Shown here one piece after another: positions 51,946-62,481 of a stretch of 64,000 bases of DNA. The stretch is from Guillardia theta CCMP2712. Taxonomy: Eukaryota > Protista > Cryptophyta. The notes beneath the pieces are model-generated. The model did no database searches, was not told where the DNA came from, and was given only the letters and a program-made list of their open reading frames with translations. The position numbers and the translations under genes are program-made. Numbering within the stretch: position 1 is the stretch's first letter; every line of letters begins with the position of its first letter. The stretch lies in contig NW_005434628.1 of the NCBI RefSeq assembly GCF_000315625.1, positions 425,310 through 489,309 of the forward strand, written 5' to 3'.

Positions 51946-54310
51946 ATTCCGTCCCTGGGGTACCGTTGCCCCTCCTCTCCCTCCTGCTTGTGCCTGGGGG
52001 GCCGTTGCCCCTCCTCTCCCTCCTACTACTGTAGCTCCTCCTCTCCCTCCTGCCTGTGCCTTAGGTACCGAAGCTCCTCCCCTCCCTCCTGCCTGTGCCT
52101 GGGGTACCGAAGCTCCTCCCCTCCCTCCTGCCAGTGCCTGTGCTGAGTTCGGCATTGAATGGTTAGGTTGCTTGTTCATCGGATTAGTGCCGTAGCTGGG
52201 GGCTGACTGAGGAGAGTTATTTTTCTGGTGGTCGTCCAGGCCCGTGACAGAGAAGTTCACGCCCTGCTGCTCCCTCTGCACAACTCCAGCAGCTGCCCCT
52301 CTCTGAGCCACGCTGGAGCTGGACTGACCTCCTCGAAAACCTCCTCTCGGAATGACCTATGGCTCTAGACTTAGAATGAATAGCAAAGAGAACAAAGTGC
52401 ACCTGCTGCTGTCCTGCTTCCCCTCGCATCATCTGGGGAGGACCAGGCGGCATGACGGGACCATTCATCCTCTCATTCGCGTTGCCGGCTCCGTTATTGA
52501 CTGCCCCACCTCTTCCTCTCGTCGGCATTGGGGCTCCCGATGGTCTCGTGCCTCTGCTGACTCCCTGGCCCCGTGGATACCGTCCTGCTTCCAGCGACAT
52601 TCAGACACGGAGGGCAAGGCAAGCGATCTACCTCCAGGCCCGTCTCGAGCGAATCCGAAGTGAACTCCCAGGGATCTGAGCTCGTCCGACAAGTTTTCGA
52701 TCACCCTCTCCTTCTCTCGCTGCTCACGATAAGTCTCGATGGTGTAGATAAGAAGCGCCTTGGCCTGCATGTGAGCAGTGAGCCGACGAGCACCAATCGC
52801 CCTTGACTACCTTTGCTACACAACCTCTCACTCCTGTGATGTGAACCTGTTTCGCACCACCGTCCACCTGTATCCTGCATCCTGACATATCTTCCAACTC
52901 TTGGACTTGTTCGCCTTTGCGACCGATGATGAAACCAGCCTGTACATGTTTGTCATGCGCGTTCATCCCACATCCAAATCAAGCACCTCGTTCTCCATGA
53001 AGCCAACAGAGTCTGTCACGATCTCAAGGAGTTCACGTGCGGCTTCAGCTTCTTCTCGCTTCTCCGCCCACACAGTGACCACCCCGTCAGGTCGAGCCTC
53101 GATGTGGTGGATACCTTTTGAGATTCAGCCGCGGTTGAAATGAAACTCCCCTCAGAACTACCTGGAAGAGACTTTGCCTTCCGAATGTTTGCACCCTTCG
53201 CTCCGATCACCATCTTCAACTTGTCCGGATCTACTCTGAATGGGAGCTGAGCGAAGTCAGTTAACCACGACCTGGAAGCCATATCCTACCGAGTATCCTC
53301 GGCTCATCTGGTCTTCAGTGGTGGCGAGCTTCTTTTGTAGAGCCGAAGCTCTGGAATTGATCTGCAAGGATCACGGTTGAGTGGAGAGCTTGTTGAGATG
53401 GTGGGGCCGAACCTCGGCAAGTTGTGGCACCCTTCTGAAGTGCAAGTTGATCACGGACTCTGCAGTTTCCACAGCTCTGGAGAATCCCTGTTTGACGGAT
53501 ACCAGATGTTGAGTGACATACAACAAAGCAAAAACTCGGGTCACCAGGCCGATCAAACTCTTGCCGTTCGGGGACAAGTGAAGGGCGAACAAGTCAGCCT
53601 GCAACTTATCAGCACCATCCATCTCGTATCGTTGACCTACCAGCTTCGCAAGCTTGGGAAGATGGTCAGACGTAAGAAGCATGTCCTTCTCGAGGCCAGG
53701 GGGGACATGAAAAACTCCCTTGACCAAGTTCGCCGGAGTATGAGCATACGACGGTCTGATTCTTTCCTTCTCCACCACCTACAGCTGGTCATCTCCAGGT
53801 CTTCGCGCCATCAGGTTGGTCACCTCGTGGGTCCCCACGTCTCCCTCATCAGGGAAGGTTATGAAGTAAAATCCTCCTTTGTTCTTCTGAACTTGCCCTT
53901 CCCACCTGGTCAGGCGTCAACGCAACACGCCTCTCGTCCAACAGTTGCAGCGGACCAGCTTTCCTGCCCTTCGTCGGCAAAGTAGACTTCAACCATGGTT
54001 CCAGGCTGCGGATCCCAATTCTGAAATTCTTGAACATCCATGTTCGGCGGGACCGCTCGCACTCTCGAGGCGTCGATCCAGCAAGGATCGGCTTCTCCCA
54101 GGTATCTGCAATGTTGCAGGCAGTCACACACTAAGAGTAACAAACATCAAGGTCAAAGTAAGAGCTCGACGATTCTTTTTCCAGTGAAAGCAAAACAATA
54201 ACCGTGGCAATGAATGCTTTAGAAACTCACCTGACCAAATACCGCTTGTTTCCGGCTTCAATGTCTAGAACCGTTGCCATGAAGTAGGCCCGATCACTGG
54301 GCTCAACGAT
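51340..54310 (-). CDS. FMR1: Fragile X (FMR1/FXR)-like RNA-binding protein: Agenet-Agenet-KH0-KH1-KH2-RGG
   Basis: Agenet1 IVEPSDRAYFMATV..RVRAVPP; Agenet2 GTMVEVY..W...V.KNKGGFYFITF..EVVEKERIRP; KH0 FHVPPGL..VINLHFR; KH1 VIGAKGANIRKAKSLPG; KH2 IIGRKGEQVQELEDMSG; GGRGG repeats and polyQ. Gene ends are uncertain. Confidence 0.75.
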
Positions 54311-56147
54311 CTGTGAACAGAAAGCATTTGTCAGTCTCAGAATCCTATCGAACCTGTTCCAACAAGAGCAAATATAGCGCCCTCCAGCTGCGCCGAACCA
54401 GCTGGGAGCTCTCTCACGAGTGTCCCAGTGATATAGACACAAGACACCTCAGCGAGGAGCTTCTAACTTTCTGCTCATCACGTCGATCTCTCTACATCTG
54501 CCCCACTGAACGCGACGGAAAGAATCGCTTCACTTGAATGGTCAACCATTTCTTTCATCCTGAATCACACCCCAAGAGCCCAAACACCATGTCCTCAAAG
54601 TCTTCCATCGCTCTATGGTCGTCCATGCTCGCATATCGGCATGGTTCCTCATCCATGAACTACATCAAGCCCTTGTTCCATCCTACTCGTGCACCTTCCC
54701 CTGACTAGCACTTACGGCCCTCCCCATGTTGCTAGTCTCATCTCGTTTCTCTACTCTCTTTCAAGAGCATCCTATCCTTGGATTCCTCGATAGACGGCTA
54801 TGTACTTGAAGGACTCAATCTTACCCTCTTCCGCCTTCCTTCACATCCTTTGGCCTCCTCTCTCCATTATTTTCAACTGGTATGCCCTGCGCCTTCTGCT
54901 GGTCCTGCTCTCACTCCTGTTCCCGTACTCATGTCCTCAACTCTGCCCCAGCTCATCTCTTCATTTATGACCATCGTCTTCAAGACCATAGCTTCCTCTC
55001 TCCTCCCTGCTCTCTCACCTCCTTGCTCTCGCATCTCCCTCCTGTCTCTCCTCTCTCTGATCTCCCTTCTCTCCTCTCCCTCCTCTTTCATCTACCTCCT
55101 CTCCTCTCTCTCCTCTCTCCCTCTTCTTCCTCCCTCCTCCTTTCTCACCTCCACCCGTCCCATCGCCTCCTCCGCTGCAGCCATGACGAAGCGCCGAGGA
55201 CCCTGTGGACCCCTACCTACTCATTCGATATTATTGGGTGGGGTAAATAGGTTCCTAGCTGGGGGTGGGGGGTGGGGGGTATGGGATAGAATGGGGGTTG
55301 GGGCATATTTAACAAGCTTTGTTGTTATTTAACCTAGAAGTCAGTTAATTACGTAACAATAGACTTAGTTTAGCAAGTATTTAGTCTATTTGACTGCCAC
55401 TGCAGTGCGGGTCGCGGCTGCTGAGTCCGACACGGTCACGCCGGGCCGTTAGCCGCCCGCCCGGGCCGCCCGGGCCTGGTAGCCTGAGACTCACCGTCCG
55501 CCGTTCCAGGGCTCCGACCATCGGACACTCACTGACGGACTCTGAGTCAGGGCCTGGGCCGAGCGCCTCGGGGGCCGGTACGGTATTCTGCCGGGAGTCG
55601 GTCACCCGGCGGCCGCGCATGCCGTTCACAAGGCCATATGCAGGCTCTAGCAAAATTGGTCTTTTTTTTCTCCTTGGGAAGGGGTTCATATATACACTTC
55701 CATTCAGCTACCCCGGGTTTTGCTCTCTTAATGGGGGGTAGTGAGACAGGGATAAAGTAGGGTGGGTGATTTGAATTATACTGGCGTGGTACCCTGTCCC
55801 CCGCCTTACTTTTTGAAGCACTTCATTTTAATTGTTTAGTCAGCGCTTCAATCGTACACATCTATGTACGGATGAAGTGCCTCTGGTACAGTCTGTACTA
55901 GTCTTTTAAAGTGGTTTCGACAGGCGTCTCGAATCAGCCTCCACCCTAGTGACTTCCTTTGTCTGGAGGGGTAGAGGACCGAAAGATTCTCTCATACCCG
56001 TGCATTTCACTGTATCACGGTACGTGGGGGTGCTAATGGAAAAGAAGGCATTTCGATTGCCGTTGGAGCTCACCACGCCAATACCCCCGGTTCCCCTTCA
56101 TCACCTTTACGAAAGGTGGGGTGGGTAGCTAGCAAAGAATACAAATC

Positions 56148-57760
56148 TACCCTTTGATTCAAGAGTTTGAAATTGGGAAATAGGGGGTAGGGTGCTATCT
56201 CCACTCTCCTTTCCCCAAATCCCCCCTCCCTGGGCAAGCAAGAGATGGCTGATTGATCCTTCACCCGCATGCAACGACAAGTCATCATGGTGAGAGGCTT
56301 CGAATCTATTGCTGCTTGAATGTGGATGAGAATTTAATCGTCTAATGTATCCATGTAGATAGACTAAGACCTTTTCTTAGTCTCTGACTTTGAAAGAAAG
56401 TTTTGAATTCCGCTTCTCTTACATGACTGCATGACAGAGAAAGCTGTCTAGGAATGAAGATGGCTTTAGAATACATTGCAAAAGATGAATACACCTTTTC
56501 TGCTCTCTTATTCATTGTTTCAAGCATGAGAGCCGTATGTACGAGAATTCAGAGAGGAAGTATGGTTTACAATGCTGCGCCATCAGTTTGCAAATGAGGT
56601 GCTTTCATGCACTCCAATCTTGCAAATATGCTAGAAATATTTAAGTATTTGCAGTTCAGATCCTCAAAAGCAACATCTTCACATTATTTCTGCTTGAGCA
56701 TGCATTCAAAATGCTCAAGGATCAACATGCTCCACGTAGCTGCGGCGACATGGAAAGTCTGTTTCAACCACAGGATAAGAATCCTACAGCAATCAATGTG
56801 GCTTACTGGAGCTACAATCATACATTGTGCATAATTAGGTTTATTTGCAACTTTTTGATGTATCTCTGCTATGCAGGCACAACGAAGAAACCAATATGAA
56901 GCTTATTGTGCTGACCATTGCGCATGTATTTGATGCTACTTGCGGTTGTCATTGTAATTAGATTGTTGCAAAGAATGATACCTCATGAATGTATAAAGAT
57001 TTCTGCAATCAGATCACTACCACTTGTGATGTCGATCCCAAGCTTACAGTGAGTCGGAATGGTCTACAGGGGAAGCGATGTTTTCATCATCATTCAACCC
57101 CTGCATGCATTCTGCATTTATGTGAAATGAAAGAAAATACAGAAATGCTCTTTAGCACGGCCTCGAATGCAAGACTGAGATCACTTTATTTCACAATAGA
57201 ACAAATAATACATGTGTGCATACTGTGTTGACGGTTCAAATGTCCGACATCACAGCTAGATGAACGCTCAAAACTAATCCCACGCATCAAGAAATCAACA
57301 CACTCTGCAAATCTCAGAAGTGGAGACTCTCGACGGTGTTCAAGGCTTAAGATGTCTTGATTGCCTCTGGCGGCATCAGTGTTTACATGCAATCAAACAT
57401 CCTCACTGCAGTAGGCGAAATGCATGCAGAAATCTTGTGAAACAATCTATGCAATGCTTGATGTCTAATATAACAAGTGGGCTTGACTAATTACGTGGAT
57501 CTGCAACCGTGATGATGCAATCTCCATCAAACAAATCTTCAAGGCATCGCATGTGGAAAATATGCAATTCAAAAATCATTAATCGCAAGGAAGTATCTTA
57601 TGATTATTCTGCGCTGCCATAAGGTTGGTGTCAAGTCAAAATGACAAGCGATCTCCTACACTGGATTCAAACCTCATGTTTTCATCATCTTGTTCTTCAT
57701 AATAACCTTTTGAACCATGGATCTCACAACGCCATTGCTGCACACTCTGTTGTCACCGAA
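56148..57760 (-). pseudogene. Decayed, CpG-poor coding-like relic (copy 2, related to 20080-22100)
   Basis: Its left end aligns to 20080-20260 in the same orientation; it has many stops and abundant TG/CA dinucleotides. Confidence 0.35.
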
Positions 57761-58801
57761 CGCATCACCACGAACCTAGCGGTCTCAGGTCTCAAACTGT
57801 GCTGACTAGAGAGCTTCAAACCTAACAAAGCCTTGCATGCTGAGATCTGATGCTGGCTACAGCAGCGGATGGTCTTACAGCGGCATCGTTGGAGGGCTTT
57901 GGTGCTACGTGCCGGCGTGTAGGGGAGACATGAGTCGGGCGTGTACGAGGTTGAAAACATTTCAACCCTCTGAAATGAAAGTTAAAATACATGTAAAGGC
58001 CTAGCAGAAATGATAACTAAACTGCACTGGTACTCTTTGGAGGTATCTCTTGCTGCCGTTGAAAACTTGTTTGAATTCACACGCCACCCCAAAAAAACTT
58101 TCTCGAAAAGAAGAGTGGAAATTAACGAAAGGGCTAAAAGTGAACGGCATGAATGAAGAAAAAAATCTACTTGAAGTTTCAGTCAAATATGTCTCCTAAG
58201 GCCTGGCATTAGGCATGTTTACAGAAGGTACAACCGCTCAAAGACCTTTCGGTAGAAGATTGATACACAAATACATTGGAGTCCTACTAAGGTCTTCACA
58301 ACAAAGTCACTAATGAGGCGGCAGTGGGTGTCACGAAATTGACCTTAGCTCGGGAAAGGATGCAGAAGATAGGATCGTGGGCAGGACATTTCTGACATTT
58401 AGTTGGGATGTCATCTGTAGATCCGTGAAGGCGATTCAGAACCTGTTTCATGTGACACATCGGATGGCAAGATGATCATATGTGGGCTGGTGTTCCCTGG
58501 AGGATTTGAAACGCAAGGTTGCAAAAAACAACGATTCAGTCACGGGCATGCTGAAGAAGATTCTGGAAATAGGGCAACATGGAAATAGGGCAACATGCGA
58601 TAGAACACCAGGAACAGGAACAGGACCCTAACCTCGGAGACGTAAACACTGGCGCACTGAGTCGGAGCACTGTGCAGTGCGTCAATGGCGATCGGCGAGC
58701 TGGCGTTCGTCACACTCAGGCTGATCAAGCGGATCTGAAAGCGATGCGAATTTCTGGAGAAGCGAATGTTCCAAAAGTGCATGGAATCTGTGTCACTCTG
58801 G

Positions 58802-58841
58802 TTTAGGGTTTAGGGTTTAGGGTTTAGGGTTTAGGGTTTAG
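58802..58841 (+). repeat. Telomeric repeat tract (TTTAGGG)5+
   Basis: Directly visible. Confidence 0.97.
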
Positions 58842-59608
58842 AGGCCGCCCCTTCCCGAGGCAGGCCGCCCCTTCCCGAGGCAGGCCGCCCCTTCCCGAGG
58901 CAAGGCCGCCCCTTCCCGAGGCAGGCCGCCCCTTCCCGAGGCAGGCCGCCCCTTCCCGAGGCAGGCCGCCCCTTCCCGAGGCAGGCCGCCCCTTCCCGAG
59001 GCAGGCCGCCCCTTCCCGAGGCAGGCCGCCCCTTCCCGAGGCAGGCCGCCCCTTCCCGAGGCAGCCTGGCCCCTTCCCGAGGCAGGCCGCCCCTTCCCGA
59101 GGCATGCACATCCGCGGCGCGTAGGGGGAGCACAAGGGGACCGGAGGAAGCTGCGAGCAAGAGGTTTGTATCGTTCAAAAAGCTTTCTAAGCATGGTACT
59201 ACAGTATGATGAGAGCGTTCGCAACCTGCTGTATCGGAGATCATGCCAATACACGCAGGGTGAGCGCTCTGGAGGCCACGTCGAGGAGGCCGCCGACCTC
59301 GTCGAGAAGGTGAAGAGCTTCACCAAGCGTTATCCGAATAGTCGGACAGCTTATGCTTGCAGAGCTGAGGGGGGATGCACTCCCGACGCTATCGCTGAAG
59401 CCATCCGCTCGACATGTTGGCAGGCGAGACGCGACCTGTTTGAAGACTCTCTGAGCGAATGGAGCTCAGAGTCGAGAGCATGGTTTATTCAACAGATGGA
59501 GGAGGCCAAGAAGCAGAATGTCGAGACATACATCGGCACCGAAGGCACCGAGGGGACCTCCTTCATCTCCATGAATCTCCTAGGGATTTCCTCGATGTTT
59601 GTTCGACA
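58842..59608 (+). mobile_element. Telomere-associated element copy A, 3'-truncated
   Basis: 13 x ~20-nt AGGCCGCCCCTTCCCGAGGC (58842-59103), uORF, then an ORF1 N-terminus closely similar to copy B, cut off directly by TTTAGGG repeats. Confidence 0.85.
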
Positions 59609-59647
59609 AGGGTTTAGGGTTTAGGGTTTAGGGTTTAGGGTTTAGGG
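59609..59647 (+). repeat. Telomeric repeat tract AGGG(TTTAGGG)5
   Basis: Directly visible. Confidence 0.97.
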
Positions 59648-62387
59648 CGCCGTTATTTTCGGCAGCAGCGCCGTTATTTTCGGCAGCAGCGCCGTTATTT
59701 TCGGCAGCAGGCGCCGTTATTTTCGGCAGCAGCGCCGTTATTTTCGGCAGCGCGCCGTTATTTTCGGCAGCAGCGCCGTTATTTTCGGCAGCAGGCGCCG
59801 TTATTTTCGGCAGCATGGCTCCTCGTCAGGTGTAGGGGAAGCCGCCAGGGCGCCAAGGAAGCTGCAAGCAAGAGGTTTGTATACTTCAAATAGCTTTCTA
59901 AGTATGGTCCTTCAGTATGATGAAAATGTTCGCAACCTGCTGTATCGGAGATCATGCCAATACACGCAGAGCGGACTTGTGGATGCCTCTGTCCTCGAAG
60001 CTGATCTCGTCGAGAGAGTGAAGAGCTTCGCGAAGCGTTATCCGAACAGCAGGACAGCCCAGGCTTGCAAGGCTGTGGAGGGATGCACCCCCGACGCTAT
60101 CGCAGAAGCCATCCGCTCGACATGTCAGCAGGCACGACGTGAGCTTCTGCAAGAAGCGATGACTGGATGGAGTGACGCATCCAGAGAGTGGTTTATGCAG
60201 CAGATTGAAGAAGCCAAGAAGGAGAAGGTCGAGACATACACCGCCTCAGCAGGCAACGAGGTGACTCCCTTCATCTCCATGACTCTCCTGGGCATCTCCT
60301 CGGTGTATGTCAACCATGAAGAGAAGCTGAAGAAGAAATTCGAAGAGATCGGACTGATCGTAGACTCAGTGCAAGAGAGTAAAGCAATCATGTGGAAGGC
60401 TCCGTATAGACCCGAGATAGCGAGTGCTGAGGAGATCCCGGTGACTGTTTCCTTCCTCCGCAATGCACAAGCGGAGAAGCTCTGGCAGGGAAGAGAGGAC
60501 TTCGCGATCGATGGTCGCAAGTTCACAGCTGTACATGTGAGCATCGTGCACGATCGATCTTTCAAGATTCGAGCCAAGAGAGGACCCTGGGGCAAAGGGG
60601 GCAGCTTGGCAGAGCTGACTCACCTACTAACCTTGGGCGGCATGACAACGGCTGAGATAGCTGCCGTCTATCGCTATCAGCTGCTGCGCCAGTCCCTTGC
60701 AGCGGTCCAACTCCAGCCGCTGGCAGGCATGCTGGTCGCTGGGGCGCCAGGCCAGCAAGTCCACAAAGGCTTAGGTCAGAAAGGCTTCGTCGCTGTAGGG
60801 GCCAACGTCATCTGGAGACAGAGGGAGGTGGAGTGGATCGTCTCCTCGAGCTGCCCAGAGGCGAATGATACAGCATTTCGAGCTTTCCGAGAGAGCGAAG
60901 CGATGGAGGGAGTACACCTGACTCTGTTCAGCGAGGACCCGAAGATCAGAGAGGCGCTCGCAGTCGAGTTGACAGCCGATCGCTTTGTGTCCAGAAATAA
61001 GTTGAAGAAGGCATCAAGGATGCAGAAGAAGGCAGGCGGCAAGGACGGCAAGGAGATCAAGATCATCATCAAGTCGACGGCGGCATCTGGTCGCTTCACG
61101 AGGAAGGAGATGGAGGGGCTGTGCAACGGCGGCAACACGTCCATCGCAAGAGTCAAGAGAGTCTTGTTGGAGATCGCTAACAGGCTCGAGATCAAAGTTG
61201 AAGGCATCGACATGGAGGAGGATTTGAACACTAAGTCCTGGAACGGGTCCAAGCTATGCATCCTCCTCGGCTCCACGGAGGATGCTCGACGCATGATGAA
61301 GGAGCTGCCCTTCTATCTCGAAGGCGCAGCAACCAAGCTCGAAGCAGTCGGCTTCGACAAGGAGCCTGAGGCGGCTGGTCAGCGGGGCACCAGCGACGCA
61401 GCGCAGCGACAGGAGGAGAGCGAGGGAGAGTGGCTGGAGTTTACAGACCTGGAGAGGATCACAATGGAGGCAGCATCTCCGTCAAGCCAAGAGGACATGC
61501 AGCTCGTCAGCGAGCTGTCAGCAGTCATCGAAGATGCAGCTTCTTTGAACGAGGCAGGGACGAGCGAGCCGATCAAGCTGGTCCTGGACAAGGCCGTTGG
61601 CAACCTCCACGACACCTTCTACTCTCCGGGGAGCCTGGAGTTCATGTCGCTGGGAGAGTGGGCGAAGATGCCAGAGGAGCAGGGAGTTGGGCGCAACGTT
61701 CTCAAGGAGAAGCTGGGGAAGTGGCTGCAGAGCAAGCGCTGGACTCGCGTGCAAGGAGAGAGCAAGAAGGCAAGGAGGGGCAGCGCGTTCTCGCCACGGG
61801 CAACGGCAGCTGCTGAGCTTGAGCAGGAGGCGGAGAGCGACGACATAGAGCGTCGATCTCTTAGCTTCCTGTTCATAGCACTGAGTAAATTCGCAGAGAT
61901 GCATGTGCTGGCCTGCTCGCTGAAGGTGGACAAGAAGGACCGACTGCGAGTGGAGATGAGGGAAGATGACGAAGAAGAGGAAGACATGGAGGAAGAGCAA
62001 GGCGAGGGCGAGGAAGAAGACAGGGCGAGCCCGTACCGAGCTTGAGCTGAGCTCAAGGTAAGGAGAGAAGGTAGGAGGCGACCGAAGGCCAAGGTGAGGA
62101 GAGGCAACTCTCCTGACTGAGGCTGAGGAAGCTGAATGGAGGAGGAGTAGGTGGCGACCGAAGGCCAAGGTGAGGAGAGGCAACTCTCCTGACTGAGGCT
62201 GAGGAAGCCAAGAGAAGACAGAAGAAGTAAAGAGTAGAAAGACGCCTCAGAAGCAGGGTTCGCATTGTAGGCCGTGTACTCCCAGTGCTCGAGCGCCTCT
62301 TTAGACTAGGATCAAATTGCATAAGCCCACAACGAGGCCGAGCAACATTCTAGCATTCTAATAAACTCACATAATAATAATAATAAT
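59648..62387 (+). mobile_element. Telomere-associated element copy B, ~2.74 kb, ORF1 only (non-autonomous non-LTR-retrotransposon-like)
   Basis: 8 x ~21-nt GCGCCGTTATTTTCGGCAGCA, uORF, 722-codon ORF, a 3' region with a ~56-bp direct repeat, AATAAA (62360-62365) and an (ATA)n tail joined to AGGG(TTTAGGG)n. Confidence 0.8.
59877..62045 (+). CDS. ORF1-like protein with RRM-like segments and an acidic tail
   Basis: Intronless 722-aa frame (first in-frame ATG at 59904). RRM-like pattern LLGIS..EEKLKKKFEEIG..VTVSF..AEKLW..FAIDGRKF. No RT, endonuclease or CCHC motif was recognised. Confidence 0.75.
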   Translation: MYTSNSFLSMVLQYDENVRNLLYRRSCQYTQSGLVDASVLEADLVERVKSFAKRYPNSRTAQACKAVEGCTPDAIAEAIRSTCQQARRELLQEAMTGWSDASREWFMQQIEEAKKEKVETYTASAGNEVTPFISMTLLGISSVYVNHEEKLKKKFEEIGLIVDSVQESKAIMWKAPYRPEIASAEEIPVTVSFLRNAQAEKLWQGREDFAIDGRKFTAVHVSIVHDRSFKIRAKRGPWGKGGSLAELTHLLTLGGMTTAEIAAVYRYQLLRQSLAAVQLQPLAGMLVAGAPGQQVHKGLGQKGFVAVGANVIWRQREVEWIVSSSCPEANDTAFRAFRESEAMEGVHLTLFSEDPKIREALAVELTADRFVSRNKLKKASRMQKKAGGKDGKEIKIIIKSTAASGRFTRKEMEGLCNGGNTSIARVKRVLLEIANRLEIKVEGIDMEEDLNTKSWNGSKLCILLGSTEDARRMMKELPFYLEGAATKLEAVGFDKEPEAAGQRGTSDAAQRQEESEGEWLEFTDLERITMEAASPSSQEDMQLVSELSAVIEDAASLNEAGTSEPIKLVLDKAVGNLHDTFYSPGSLEFMSLGEWAKMPEEQGVGRNVLKEKLGKWLQSKRWTRVQGESKKARRGSAFSPRATAAAELEQEAESDDIERRSLSFLFIALSKFAEMHVLACSLKVDKKDRLRVEMREDDEEEEDMEEEQGEGEEEDRASPYRA

Positions 62388-62481
62388 AGGGTTTAGGGAT
62401 TAGGGTTTAGGGTTTAGGGTTTAGGGTTTAGGGTTTAGGGTTTAGGGTTTAGGGTTTAGGGTTTAGGGTTTAGGGTTTAGG
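62388..62481 (+). repeat. Telomeric repeat tract, ~13 units with one ATTAGGG variant
   Basis: Directly visible. Confidence 0.97.

Noticed and set aside
59877-62045. Reverse transcriptase, telomerase or transposase in the telomeric ORF
   Set aside because: No YxDD-type RT motif set, APE/GIY-YIG/RLE motif or DDE triad could be recognised.
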